Shown: one piece after another, positions 37,478 to 46,404 of the stretch
How positions within the stretch are numbered: the first letter of the stretch is position 1
Layout: each line of letters starts with the position of its first letter
Origin: a virus
Lineage: Duplodnaviria; Heunggongvirae; Uroviricota; Caudoviricetes
Strand: one strand, 5' to 3'
Length of the DNA stretch: 64,000 nt
IMG/VR virus record: IMGVR_UViG_3300044673_000278
Coordinates: 187,694 to 251,693 of that record
The notes under the pieces: model-generated
Database searches by the model: none
The model's input: the letters and a program-made list of their open reading frames with translations, nothing else
What the model was told of the DNA's origin: nothing
Made by a program: the position numbers and the translations under genes

Positions 37478-38702
37478 TGGTAGTGGTACCGTGCAGGATC
37501 CAAGTCACGTCACAGTATTCTTCATCGCCCCACGAACCAAACGGGTAGCCGTCTGTGAACACAACCAGCCGGCGCGGCTGAATGTCTTCGTCCTTGAGGT
37601 AACGATAGATAGCAGTGAAGTCAGTGCCACCACCGCCAGCAGGTTCATAGTCAATGATACTATCCAGGTTGTCGGAATTGTACTGTGCAGGATTGTAAGT
37701 TTCAGTGTCGAAGCTGAACACATGAATCTTGTATGCAGGGAACGAATCCATGATGCCTTGGATTTCGCCTAGGAAGTCCTTGAGCATTTTCTCGCCGATT
37801 GAGCCCGAAGTGTCAATTGCAATAGCAATGTCGATCATTTCGTCGTTCTTCATGCCGGGCATCACAGCGTCCATGTGCCAGCCACGACGGCTTGCTCGCA
37901 TCCAAGTGAAGTCCGACTTGATGGTGCTTTCAAGGTTCATGCGTAGCAGTTCGCGCCAGTTCATCTGGGGCTCGGTGAGCTCCTTGATCAGTCGCATAAC
38001 GCCTGCAGGAATGTTGCCAGCACCGTCCACAGTTTGAGCCGCAGCCAGCATGGCTTCTTTGATCTCGTCCTTGATCTGTTGACGTTCAGCATCGGAAAGC
38101 TTGGGGCGGCCTTTACCTTCTTTGTCGCCGTCGCCATCACCTTCGCTGTCACCTTCTCCGTCAAGGTGCTCGTCGATCATCTTGTCCAGCAGATCAGAGA
38201 TGTTGATCTTTTGTGCGTTTTCAAACAGTTTGTCGTAGATCTCTTCGGAGCTCATGCCGTCGTACTTGGAATCGTGCAGGCAAGGCACAGTGGTGATCTT
38301 TTCGCCCACACGGTGCTTGATCAAGTCTGCGTTGACAGCAAAGTCGTTGGCAATGTTGAACAGTTGCGGATCACGATCGCCACGGCGGCCAAAGTGATCG
38401 TAAACACAGTGCAGAACCTCGTGACCAAACAGGAATTCGATCTCCTTGGGACGAAGCATCTGAATGAAACGGCTGTTGTAGTAGAAGTGGCGGCCGTCTG
38501 TGGCGGCAGTGCTACACCATTCATCAGCATTGACCAGCTTGAGTCGGGTAGCAAGGTTGCCAAAGAAGCTGGCACGAAGCAGGAGGCCCACGCGGGCAGT
38601 GATCAGTTTTTCGCGAACTTCGCGGTCAATCTTGGGGTCAGTGGGACCCAACAGGTTAGCAAATTTTTGTTTGTCGTCTTTGGTCTGGGTAGTTGCAGTC
38701 AT
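37425..38702 (-). CDS. VWA-domain protein with an N-terminal HExxH metallopeptidase-like domain (DUF2201/CoxE-like), partner of the MoxR ATPase
   Basis: HEVLHCVYDHF is an HExxH motif. DIAIAIDTSGSIG is a VWA MIDAS motif (DxSGS). Start re-set to the ATG at 38702 (AAAGGA SD) because promoter P1 (-10 at 38727-38732) lies inside the ORF-track 5' extension. Confidence 0.65.
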   Translation of the reverse strand: MTATTQTKDDKQKFANLLGPTDPKIDREVREKLITARVGLLLRASFFGNLATRLKLVNADEWCSTAATDGRHFYYNSRFIQMLRPKEIEFLFGHEVLHCVYDHFGRRGDRDPQLFNIANDFAVNADLIKHRVGEKITTVPCLHDSKYDGMSSEEIYDKLFENAQKINISDLLDKMIDEHLDGEGDSEGDGDGDKEGKGRPKLSDAERQQIKDEIKEAMLAAAQTVDGAGNIPAGVMRLIKELTEPQMNWRELLRMNLESTIKSDFTWMRASRRGWHMDAVMPGMKNDEMIDIAIAIDTSGSIGEKMLKDFLGEIQGIMDSFPAYKIHVFSFDTETYNPAQYNSDNLDSIIDYEPAGGGGTDFTAIYRYLKDEDIQPRRLVVFTDGYPFGSWGDEEYCDVTWILHGTTTIVPPWGAHAYYEEERKK

Positions 38703-38726
38703 GTCAGTCCTTTGTGTCAATGTGTT

Positions 38727-38755
38727 ATTATAGCACAATGCGAATTATTGATCAA
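38727..38755 (-). promoter_or_regulatory. Sigma70-type promoter P1: TTGATC-17-TATAAT with upstream TG
   Basis: Minus-strand reading ttgatcaataattcgcattgtgcTATAAT. Confidence 0.6.
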
Positions 38756-39126
38756 ATCCAGCGTCCTGCATTGTCAATTTCATCACGGGTGAATTGTCCG
38801 CCTGAACGGTCGGGATTTTGTTGCCAATGTGCCCAAGTAGAAAACTCTTTACCTTTCACTTCACACTCAACAAGATCATCCAAGATGCGGTTGAGTTCGT
38901 CAATGTTGATTTTCAGGAACTCAATGGTTGCCCTATTAGCAACTATCTCGCTGGTTGAGTTGAACCAGCCTTGTTCGTTTCGCTCGATCTTCTCTGCCAG
39001 CATCTTTTCCTTGCCGGCGATTGTGTTCTTCAGGTTAGTGATTACGGTTTGCAGGTTCATATCAAACTCCTTTGGCGGCAAGATAGCCCAACAATGCCAA
39101 TGCGGCAAAGTTAAACACAATAGCAA
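38752..39126 (-). CDS. Hypothetical protein
   Basis: 124 aa. Confidence 0.45.
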   Translation of the reverse strand: MLLCLTLPHWHCWAILPPKEFDMNLQTVITNLKNTIAGKEKMLAEKIERNEQGWFNSTSEIVANRATIEFLKINIDELNRILDDLVECEVKGKEFSTWAHWQQNPDRSGGQFTRDEIDNAGRWI

Positions 39127-39147
39127 CGAAACACCAAAATAACGCTG

Positions 39148-39393
39148 TCATTCTTCAATTCCAAAATGTTGTTTGACCTTGCCTAAATCAGGAATGCCAT
39201 TGTCGTTAGCACTCTCGTTCATAATGAAGTCGTACATTTCTTCCAACAATACCTCGGCGAACTTTGCGTCCACACTGTCTTGTAGTTCACGATTGTGACG
39301 AATGTTTTCCCAGAAATATTCCTTTTTACACATATTCTGTTTGGCAACAAAATCAAAAGCCTGTTTTTGAAGTTCTCGAATTCGTTCGTTCAT
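39148..39393 (-). CDS. Hypothetical small protein
   Basis: 81 aa. Confidence 0.45.
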   Translation of the reverse strand: MNERIRELQKQAFDFVAKQNMCKKEYFWENIRHNRELQDSVDAKFAEVLLEEMYDFIMNESANDNGIPDLGKVKQHFGIEE

Positions 39394-39602
39394 ACCAACT
39401 CCAGTTCTTCAATATGCAGGGCACGGCGATCAATACCGTATTCACCAATCATAAACTCGACGTCTGCTTCTGCAGCCTCGCGGCTTTGAAACGCTCGGTC
39501 ACAATTCTCCCATTGAGTGCCATCGCCAGTGTCAGACATGTCAATTTGCACAATGTAGATTTTCATCTCAGGCCTTTCGAACGGCAAACAGTTGGAACTC
39601 AA
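39390..39602 (-). CDS. Hypothetical small acidic protein
   Basis: 70 aa, overlapping start and stop. Confidence 0.45.
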   Translation of the reverse strand: MSSNCLPFERPEMKIYIVQIDMSDTGDGTQWENCDRAFQSREAAEADVEFMIGEYGIDRRALHIEELELV

Positions 39603-39858
39603 AAGTCAGCAAGGTCACAGCCCAGCCGCGGATTTCGGGATTGGGGCTCTGGCGGAAGCCAACCATCTTGGTGTTGCGAACCATGTCAAAATTCCAACCG
39701 ATTGCATCCAGAAACAAGGAGCCGGCAACCAGCACAACAAAGAAGGGCCAGAACACACTACCAATGATCACAGCCTGACAATCTTGATGCGGAGTGCGAA
39801 CTGCGGCCAGGGCTTGCAGAACAAAAATGATTGCCACGTAACCGATTGCGTATTCCAT
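39568..39858 (-). CDS. Small membrane protein (3 TM helices)
   Basis: 96 aa, hydrophobic throughout. Confidence 0.45.
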   Translation of the reverse strand: MEYAIGYVAIIFVLQALAAVRTPHQDCQAVIIGSVFWPFFVVLVAGSLFLDAIGWNFDMVRNTKMVGFRQSPNPEIRGWAVTLLTFEFQLFAVRKA

Positions 39859-39888
39859 TCAGTGCTCCTTTTTGCTGTCTATGTGTAT

Positions 39889-39917
39889 ATTATAGCAGTT
39901 CGGGTATTTTTGAGCAA
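39889..39917 (-). promoter_or_regulatory. Sigma70-type promoter P2: TTGCTC-17-TATAAT
   Basis: Minus strand: ttgctcaaaaatacccgaactgcTATAAT. Upstream of the gene that starts at 39858. Confidence 0.6.
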
Positions 39918-39979
39918 CCAAAATTGTAGTACTAAAAAAGTATACATTTTTGGTGATCAGAACGTTTTACAGCGTTTTT

Positions 39980-40288
39980 TCAGATGATTCGTGTGTCCGC
40001 GCCTGCTGGATTGTTTAAGTAGCGCAACAAAAACCAACTCTGTGTACTTTCGTTGTAGAAATCCAGGTGTATTTGTTCTTCTGCATAGTGGCGCACCCTC
40101 TCGCCTGATCGATCAAACGGAATCCACTCAGTGTGTTTGCGTACTGTGAATCCTAGTTCGCGTTTCAGCACAAAACTGAGGTTGATTGTTGGACCATGTT
40201 CAGCCCGAATACGCCGCCAGATTGCATCCCAGTCACTGGCGTTTTTAAATATCACTAGATTCTTCTTTACAATCACCTTTGAGGACAT
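39980..40288 (-). CDS. Hypothetical protein
   Basis: 102 aa. Confidence 0.45.
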   Translation of the reverse strand: MSSKVIVKKNLVIFKNASDWDAIWRRIRAEHGPTINLSFVLKRELGFTVRKHTEWIPFDRSGERVRHYAEEQIHLDFYNESTQSWFLLRYLNNPAGADTRII

Positions 40289-40586
40289 TCCAAAATCTCC
40301 AAGTTTTGTCGTACAGATCTACGTCCTCTCGGTGACGTATGAAAATAGTTATCTTGGTTCCGCCTTCAAAATCCCAGCGATCTCCGCGAGTGCCAAGTGT
40401 AGCCCTGCACCATTTTACACGGGCCAAGGCATCAACATCGTGTGCCTTGAAGTCAAATCTGTGTGTCATTCCGCGCATGGATGCACCATTTGAAACCAGC
40501 TGAGTTCTTGATCTCCTTTGAGATAAATGCGGTAGTTTTTGTATTGCACTGCATAAGCCCAATGCGGATTGATTTGGTCGTCCCAT
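40245..40586 (-). CDS. Hypothetical protein
   Basis: 113 aa. Confidence 0.4.
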   Translation of the reverse strand: MGRPNQSALGLCSAIQKLPHLSQRRSRTQLVSNGASMRGMTHRFDFKAHDVDALARVKWCRATLGTRGDRWDFEGGTKITIFIRHREDVDLYDKTWRFWNVLKGDCKEESSDI

Positions 40587-40801
40587 GGCTCAAATCGTCG
40601 ATTGAGAATCCGTGCCATGTCGTTCATAGTTTCAACATCCTGACTCCAACCCCAGGTTTGATTCATCCAGCGCCTGGCTCGATCAAAGTCCAGCACGCCA
40701 GTGCCGGTCCATTCGCTTCGTGTGAACTCTAAACACCAGCGAAAGTTTTTGCTCCAGGCATAACGATTGTCTAACTTAACTACCTTGTATTGCATAAGCA
40801 A
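40466..40801 (-). CDS. Hypothetical protein
   Basis: 111 aa. The frame overlaps 40245-40586, so one of the two may be spurious. Confidence 0.35.
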   Translation of the reverse strand: MLMQYKVVKLDNRYAWSKNFRWCLEFTRSEWTGTGVLDFDRARRWMNQTWGWSQDVETMNDMARILNRRFEPWDDQINPHWAYAVQYKNYRIYLKGDQELSWFQMVHPCAE

Positions 40802-40844
40802 AAAGGGGCAGTGTTGCCACTGCCCCCGTCCTCACCACCACAGT

Positions 40845-41930
40845 TTAGGCGCTAGCCTGGAGGATGTACTTACCAAAACGCTGGTGGAACTCGTCGAAGT
40901 TCTTGAGCTTGGTAGGCTGGAACGGCAGGTTGTAAGTGGTCAGTGCAATACGAGCACCCATAACAACCAGCTCGGTCTCAAAGTTCTTCATCATGTAGCC
41001 GAAGAAGTTGTCTGCCATCTCGTGGAACTTCTTGTCTTCGATCTTGTTCTCAATCGCAGACTTGAGTTCGTAGCACATGGAAATCACCAGCGAGTACATC
41101 GCCGACACTTCCTTGACGTTGAGGTCCTTGACCTTGCCGTTGAGGATATCAATCGGAGCAGGCATACGACCTGCAATCTTGCGGTGAGCCATGAACTTCA
41201 CAGCAAGGCCTTCGCCCACAGTACCTGCAATTAGGTTCATTGCAGTGTCGTCGTCCAGGCTTTCGTCCTCCAACAGCTGGCTAACAAAGTGCCACGAACG
41301 CGGAGTAGCGAATGCACGGCTGGAGCTCTTGGCATCAAAGTCGTAGAGGTCCTGCTTGGCAAAGCTCAGGTAACCAACCACGTCCTTGTGCTCATTGTGT
41401 TGCACAGCCCACTCTTGCCAGCTAGCAAAGTCCACCTTCATTTCCTGGTGCAGGAAGCGGTTTGCCAGCGGAGTAGGCATGCGGAAAGTAACACCTTTGT
41501 CGCTTTCACGGTTACCTGCGGCAACGATAACCACGTTGTCAGGCAGCACATACTTGCCAATTCGGCGGTTCAGGATCAGCTGGTAGGCAGCCGATTGCAC
41601 TGAGGCAGGGGCCGAGTTCATTTCGTCCAGGAACAGGACCACAACAGGATACTGAGCGGCAGTGTCAGCATCGGGCAGATCGATGGGAGGGGCCCAGTCC
41701 ATCTTGCCATTTTCTTTGTTGAAATACGGAATACCACGAATGTCAGTGGGCTCCATCTGACCTAGTCGCAGGTCATACATGATACCGCCCAGGTCTTGGG
41801 TAATACCTTCAACCAGTTCGGACTTGCCGATACCAGGAGGGCCCCACAGGAAGATAGGACGCTTGACTTTGAATGCAGTCAGAATAGACTTGCGGGCTTG
41901 GACGGAAGTGACGGTGCGGGTATCGCTCAT
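40845..41930 (-). CDS. MoxR/CobS-like AAA+ ATPase
   Basis: Walker A RPIFLWGPPGIGKSE, a Walker B-like VVLFLDEMN, and a length of 361 aa typical of CobS/MoxR. Confidence 0.7.
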   Translation of the reverse strand: MSDTRTVTSVQARKSILTAFKVKRPIFLWGPPGIGKSELVEGITQDLGGIMYDLRLGQMEPTDIRGIPYFNKENGKMDWAPPIDLPDADTAAQYPVVVLFLDEMNSAPASVQSAAYQLILNRRIGKYVLPDNVVIVAAGNRESDKGVTFRMPTPLANRFLHQEMKVDFASWQEWAVQHNEHKDVVGYLSFAKQDLYDFDAKSSSRAFATPRSWHFVSQLLEDESLDDDTAMNLIAGTVGEGLAVKFMAHRKIAGRMPAPIDILNGKVKDLNVKEVSAMYSLVISMCYELKSAIENKIEDKKFHEMADNFFGYMMKNFETELVVMGARIALTTYNLPFQPTKLKNFDEFHQRFGKYILQASA

Positions 41931-41999
41931 TGCATTGCCTTTCGGTGGTGGGAAAAATGTTTAACTAAGCTTCTATTGTATGCGAAGTTGAATTTCTAG

Positions 42000-42177
42000 T
42001 CAACTGTTGATTGTTGCAAAAGGACTACAGTCTTCCGATTGCTTTTGTTCGATGATCTCTGCGGCTTCAACCACAAAGTGTACAGGGATCTCTAGGTCGC
42101 GGGCCACTTGAGCAAAGCTCTTGCCTTGTTCTAGCATGTCCTCGATGTCTAGTACTAGATCACTCATTCTGCTCATG
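42000..42177 (-). CDS. Small helix-turn-helix protein (58 aa), not in the ORF track
   Basis: MSRMSDLVLDIEDMLEQGKSFAQVARDLEIPVHFVVEAAEII... contains an HTH-like KSFAQVARDLEIP. It sits directly downstream of promoter P3. Confidence 0.45.
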
Positions 42178-42208
42178 GTGTGCTCCTTTGTTGCTGTCTA
42201 TGTGTGTA

Positions 42209-42236
42209 TTATAGCAGACCTGGAATTTCAGGTCAA
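42209..42236 (-). promoter_or_regulatory. Sigma70 promoter P3: TTGACC-17-TATAAT
   Basis: Minus strand: ttgacctgaaattccaggtctgcTATAAT. Confidence 0.65.
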
Positions 42237-42261
42237 AAAATAACCCCGACCAGCGGGGTTG
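42232..42261 (-). terminator. Rho-independent terminator (minus strand)
   Basis: Minus strand: AACCCCGCTGGTCGGGGTT hairpin followed by ATTTTTTGACC. Lies just downstream of the PP-loop gene's stop. Confidence 0.65.
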
Positions 42262-42281
42262 CAAAATGTAACACTTGAGTA

Positions 42282-43409
42282 TTACAATTTTTTAACAGGC
42301 CACATTCCTGTGATGAATCCTGTAAAAGTAACATTGCCATCTATGGTATTGAAATACTTTTTGTCAACGACTTTTTGTAGATAGGCAAAATTGTCTCGTT
42401 GCAGACCTCGAAGTTTTTCTTCGTATCCAACTTTGAACAACAAAGTATCCAATCCAAAGTTCATGTCCTTGGGCTTTTCTACTTGAAAAAATCTCAAATC
42501 CAACTTGGGATAAATTATTGCTCTTGACGCAGTTTCGTAAAATTGTCTATGAGCTGGATTGCTGACCGGCCATTGGATGAATTGTTTGAATTGTGGCATG
42601 CTTTCAAAAAATTTAACCAGCAGGTGAGCTTGCTTGGCCAGGATCTTCCAGCTGTCTTTGCTCCAATAAAACAAATCAAATCCCACATTTTGTTTGTAAA
42701 ATGCAGAGCTAAACGTAGGACCGTTGGCAGTTAGTACATCTAAAAAATACAACCGATAGGCATTGTCGTTGATACACACCCTGGGTTTGTCTGTCCCAAA
42801 CACAACACCGACATTTTCACCGTTGTTGATTCGATCACGAATGGACGGAATCAGTTGCAAATCCCATTTGGCATTTGCATAGGGTGTAAAGTTGTGATTG
42901 CGATCGGCAATGAAGTCGTCAGCTAGCTTGATGCCGCTGATGGCCTCAACCCAATCGTACACAGTGATTTTTATGTTTGGGTGGTCGTTGGCTAGTTTCT
43001 GTAGTCTGGGCTTGATGTTAAAATCCCATTCCGAAAGGATATTGTTCCAACTAAAATTTGTGCTGTCAGGAACATAGGTGTTTCGTAGACTGTCTGCCCA
43101 GATTACAACAATCTCGTCGATTCGAATGTTGTTTTCTAAGCAAACGTCAAGAATGGTTTGACTGTCTGAGCCACCGCTGTACATCAGCACAAGGTAGTCG
43201 TACTTTTCTCTCAGTTGTTGAGCACGTTGTTTATACAGTTCGTAGATATCTTCGGCAGGTTCTTGTGTCCAGTCGATGTGATCAAAAAAATCATTGTTGA
43301 ATTTCCACTCAACATGAATGTTTTGTTTGGTTCCCTCCAGCAAGGCCGCAACCTTGCTGGTGAACACAGTATTGCCTACAGTATAATAACCTGTGTCGGT
43401 GTTGATCAC
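42282..43409 (-). CDS. PP-loop (SGGxDS) ATP-pyrophosphatase family protein, paralog 1
   Basis: LVLMYSGGSDSQTILDV PP-loop motif. 375 aa. A paralog lies at 50446-51606. Confidence 0.55.
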   Translation of the reverse strand: MINTDTGYYTVGNTVFTSKVAALLEGTKQNIHVEWKFNNDFFDHIDWTQEPAEDIYELYKQRAQQLREKYDYLVLMYSGGSDSQTILDVCLENNIRIDEIVVIWADSLRNTYVPDSTNFSWNNILSEWDFNIKPRLQKLANDHPNIKITVYDWVEAISGIKLADDFIADRNHNFTPYANAKWDLQLIPSIRDRINNGENVGVVFGTDKPRVCINDNAYRLYFLDVLTANGPTFSSAFYKQNVGFDLFYWSKDSWKILAKQAHLLVKFFESMPQFKQFIQWPVSNPAHRQFYETASRAIIYPKLDLRFFQVEKPKDMNFGLDTLLFKVGYEEKLRGLQRDNFAYLQKVVDKKYFNTIDGNVTFTGFITGMWPVKKL

Positions 43410-44314
43410 TGCCAGTACTTTCTGATAACAGTTCGTTGAGATTGAATGTTGTCTACAAGTTTTTGACCTGTCAACCCATCTGCACTGCTGACTGCATTGT
43501 CAGCAAAGGTTTGAAATTTTTCTTGACGGACAATAAACTCAATGCGTTTTGCTAGCAGTTCTTTAAACGCAGGATCAGCATTTTTAGGCACTGCAATACC
43601 AAACCAAGACTCAATGTTGGCTAGTTCTTTGCTGTTGAGTGCAAAATTTTGATACTGTTTGAGTCTGGAAGTTTTGCCAGTTGCAGTATAGCCAACAACT
43701 TTGAACTTGCCTTCTTCGGCTACACCAACGCCGCCGCCGGAGTCAAATGCCAGATCAAGAGTTCCGTCGATCAAGCTAGGATACATTTGAGGACCGTTTT
43801 TAAACATTACCACATTGGTATCCAAACCATAGGCCTTGGCAAGGTACTGTACTACAGTGCGGTTTGGCCCTTGAAACACACCAACGTTGATTGGTCTCTT
43901 TAGAGATTTAAGATATGAAACATATTCATCCAAGCTCTTGACTGCAGGAGTACGGTTAGGACCGTACCACACTGTGGGGAAATTTACCACTTTGACAACC
44001 ATTTCAAGATCGTCGCCGTGTGTTTTGGCATCAGGAAACAGATACTTGTTGTAAAGAATCATAGTGCCGCCAGCGCAGATAGCCTTGTTGGCAGCAGTGC
44101 TGTCTAGCATGTCTCGAGATGCAATTTCTCCTGATGCTCCTTGTTTTAAGTGCAACACAGAAGATGTTTGGAAATAAGTGTCATATGTGTTCCACAATGT
44201 GCGGCACACAGTTTCTAAGTTTCCTCCGGCAAAAGGCAACCATACATTGTTGATTTCTTTTGCGTGAGCAAAAATTGGCAGTGCCAATGCTAGGGATAAT
44301 AAAAATTTAGTCAT
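43406..44314 (-). CDS. Secreted periplasmic substrate-binding-protein-like protein (TctC/Bug-like?)
   Basis: Signal peptide MTKFLLSLALALPIFAHA. About 300 aa of alpha/beta SBP-like sequence including FDSGGGVGVAEEG. Confidence 0.4.
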   Translation of the reverse strand: MTKFLLSLALALPIFAHAKEINNVWLPFAGGNLETVCRTLWNTYDTYFQTSSVLHLKQGASGEIASRDMLDSTAANKAICAGGTMILYNKYLFPDAKTHGDDLEMVVKVVNFPTVWYGPNRTPAVKSLDEYVSYLKSLKRPINVGVFQGPNRTVVQYLAKAYGLDTNVVMFKNGPQMYPSLIDGTLDLAFDSGGGVGVAEEGKFKVVGYTATGKTSRLKQYQNFALNSKELANIESWFGIAVPKNADPAFKELLAKRIEFIVRQEKFQTFADNAVSSADGLTGQKLVDNIQSQRTVIRKYWQ

Positions 44315-44513
44315 AGAAATCCTTTCAAAGTAATTTTAACATTACAAGTAGTTGAAGTCAATGCTAGTGATAGAATATCACACACGGGATAGCGGCGTTC
44401 TGAGCATAACATGTCAGTAAAGGGGTTTCACTACCCCAGGCGTCACTGTTTTTGATACCGACGTCGGCCCCTGCCGGCGTTGCATTAGTATTTATTATAC
44501 TGATAATGCAATC

Positions 44514-44536
44514 AAAAAAATAGCCCTTGCGGGCTA
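44514..44536 (-). terminator. Rho-independent terminator (minus strand)
   Basis: Minus strand: TAGCCCGCAAGGGCTA hairpin followed by TTTTTTTGA. Confidence 0.6.
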
Positions 44537-44760
44537 TGAGTTACCGGTTACGTTTCCGGTGCCGCCCTATGGTGTCGGCCGTTCCACGATCACCCAACCG
44601 CTTCAACGTGTCTGCAGACCAGTGCAGTAGAGGTCAAGGCCGACTGCTACCTTTTATTAGTACCGGTTACGAATCCGGTGCAAGCATTTGGTTCTTGCCG
44701 CTCGACCCTTGGCCTTACTTTCACCCATCGCTACTTCAACATGCTTGCGCAGAGGTCAAG
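44537..44760. ncRNA. Two tandem ~110-nt structured RNA repeats (candidate riboswitch-like or sRNA elements)
   Basis: R1 spans 44537-44647 and R2 spans 44648-44760. Shared blocks are taccggttacgWWtccggtgc, tcacccaWcSctWcttcaacRtg and agaggtcaaggc. The closing stem covaries (GGCC/GGCC in R1, GCCTT/AAGGC in R2). Each repeat has a CCGG...CCGG hairpin. Confidence 0.5.
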
Positions 44761-44944
44761 GCGTGACGCCACCTTCTAACTGTTCAATTCGATCAGCAGC
44801 TTCTTCCAACAAGTCTGCAATGCGGTCTGGACGACCTTCTTGCACTGATTTGCGATCTCGAATCTGCCTACGAATCTCTGCTCGCTTACGCAGGCGAAAG
44901 ATTAGGCTCTGTTCGCTAACTGGCAAGTGACTTTCGTCTTTCAT
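44756..44944 (-). CDS. Hypothetical small basic protein
   Basis: 62 aa with an AAGGAG SD 5 nt upstream. Confidence 0.45.
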   Translation of the reverse strand: MKDESHLPVSEQSLIFRLRKRAEIRRQIRDRKSVQEGRPDRIADLLEEAADRIEQLEGGVTP

Positions 44945-44953
44945 GCCAACTCC

Positions 44954-45268
44954 TTAAAAGGGAATGTCATCATCCCAGAAGGATTCTACTTTTTTAGGCT
45001 TGGGTGCAACATAATCAGGATCGCCAAAGTTATTGAACACTTCCTGATAGTCGCCGCGCAGCCTGTCCTGATTGTCAGTAAGAATCTCTATCTTTTCAAG
45101 TTCAGTCCATGGGCGGTCCGGATGGTGGATTGTTACATATCCGTTTGTATATGTACCTTGCCACGCACCGTTTACTACCCAGAAGTCAAACTCTGTTGGT
45201 GATTTTTCTTGCTCAACATCAACTAGCAGACTAGGCTGATCTTTTGTACCTAACATTAATCTCATCAC
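44954..45268 (-). CDS. Hypothetical protein
   Basis: 104 aa. Confidence 0.5.
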   Translation of the reverse strand: MMRLMLGTKDQPSLLVDVEQEKSPTEFDFWVVNGAWQGTYTNGYVTIHHPDRPWTELEKIEILTDNQDRLRGDYQEVFNNFGDPDYVAPKPKKVESFWDDDIPF

Positions 45269-46203
45269 GCACCTACAAAGTTACGAACCCATGCCAGTCG
45301 AGCTTGCTCGTCCATGGCTGTATACTCCGCAATGTTAGCACGGATAGCATCCACCAAGGGATAGTATTCTTCGTCTAGATTGTGCTTGATGTCCCGGTTC
45401 AAGTCCACTAGCTTGTCTGTGCGTGGATTGCGGGCAACCCATTTTGAAGTCAAGTAGTAAGGTGATTTGATCTTGGCACTTACACCATCTTGAGTATAGA
45501 ATACATAACCTTCGTGCTTACAACCTTTGGCATCTTCTTTTAATTGTGCCATAGTCAAGAATCCTGCGGCTGGACTATAACAGTTAAAAGTGTTGGCCAA
45601 ATCTAGGATTACCCCTGGGCTGTGACCAACCTTGCTACGCCACGAGTTTTCACGATAGCCTAGTACATACATGCCTGGCTTTTCTGGTATGATGTGCGGA
45701 TCGTTTGGGTGAACACATTCGAACATCACAGTCATGCCACGCAAGTCGTCATTGGCAAAAGCCATTTGCCAATCAGCCCATGGAGCATGAGTTAGCATCA
45801 TTTCCTTGGCCATGGCAACATAGTCGCTGTCTGTGCTACCTGTAGTAGACACTAGAACATCTCCGTTATACCAAGTGCAAGCAACCATAAAGCCGTTGAC
45901 CTTACGGAATGCAATTACTTCAGTCTCGTCTGAGAGCACTGGTGCTTCTTTTTCGATACCGTAGTTATAAATCTTGGTAAAAGGATACGACACCAAGTTG
46001 AAGTCGGCATCTACAATAGACCCGCGACATTCAGCAATGTAGTCGTTCCACAGGTTATCGTAGAATACCTTCTTCTTGTATTTCAGCACATAGATACCTT
46101 CGCCGGCTGGCTTCATATTCACCAGCCCTGAAGTCTCTACATACCGCTTCAATTCTTCTTTAAACACTTTCAACTCCGAAATGCTGTTTGAACAAATTAG
46201 CAT
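45265..46203 (-). CDS. Putative ATP-dependent RNA ligase (nucleotidyltransferase superfamily, Rnl-like)
   Basis: Candidate motif I RKVNGFMV (Kx[D/N]G), motif IV EGYVFY and motif V DGVSAKIK. 312 aa, a size typical of phage RNA ligases. Confidence 0.45.
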   Translation of the reverse strand: MLICSNSISELKVFKEELKRYVETSGLVNMKPAGEGIYVLKYKKKVFYDNLWNDYIAECRGSIVDADFNLVSYPFTKIYNYGIEKEAPVLSDETEVIAFRKVNGFMVACTWYNGDVLVSTTGSTDSDYVAMAKEMMLTHAPWADWQMAFANDDLRGMTVMFECVHPNDPHIIPEKPGMYVLGYRENSWRSKVGHSPGVILDLANTFNCYSPAAGFLTMAQLKEDAKGCKHEGYVFYTQDGVSAKIKSPYYLTSKWVARNPRTDKLVDLNRDIKHNLDEEYYPLVDAIRANIAEYTAMDEQARLAWVRNFVGA

Positions 46204-46402
46204 CTGTTGAATCTTTAATCACAATGCTAAAGTTAAGTTTGTTTGATTCCGCTGAATAATAAAATTCACCAGAGCCATTTGTTCTAAGCCAATCTAACAC
46301 TTGGGATTGGTTAGGTTGACCCGGGGGCCAGGGTATAACAGTCCAGCCGCGTTCCTGCATCTTGGCAAAGGATGAACGATAATAGCGGCCGGTCTCTTTC
46401 AT
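46160..46402 (-). CDS. Hypothetical small protein
   Basis: 80 aa. Confidence 0.4.
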   Translation of the reverse strand: MKETGRYYRSSFAKMQERGWTVIPWPPGQPNQSQVLDWLRTNGSGEFYYSAESNKLNFSIVIKDSTDANLFKQHFGVESV

Positions 46403-46404
46403 TC

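Noticed and set aside
44688-45202. Plus-strand ORFs 44688-44930 and 44927-45202 downstream of the tandem RNA repeats
   Set aside because: They overlap convincing minus-strand genes (44756-44944 with AAGGAG SD, and 44954-45268) and have junk-like composition. They are therefore not taken as the regulated target of a plus-strand riboswitch.
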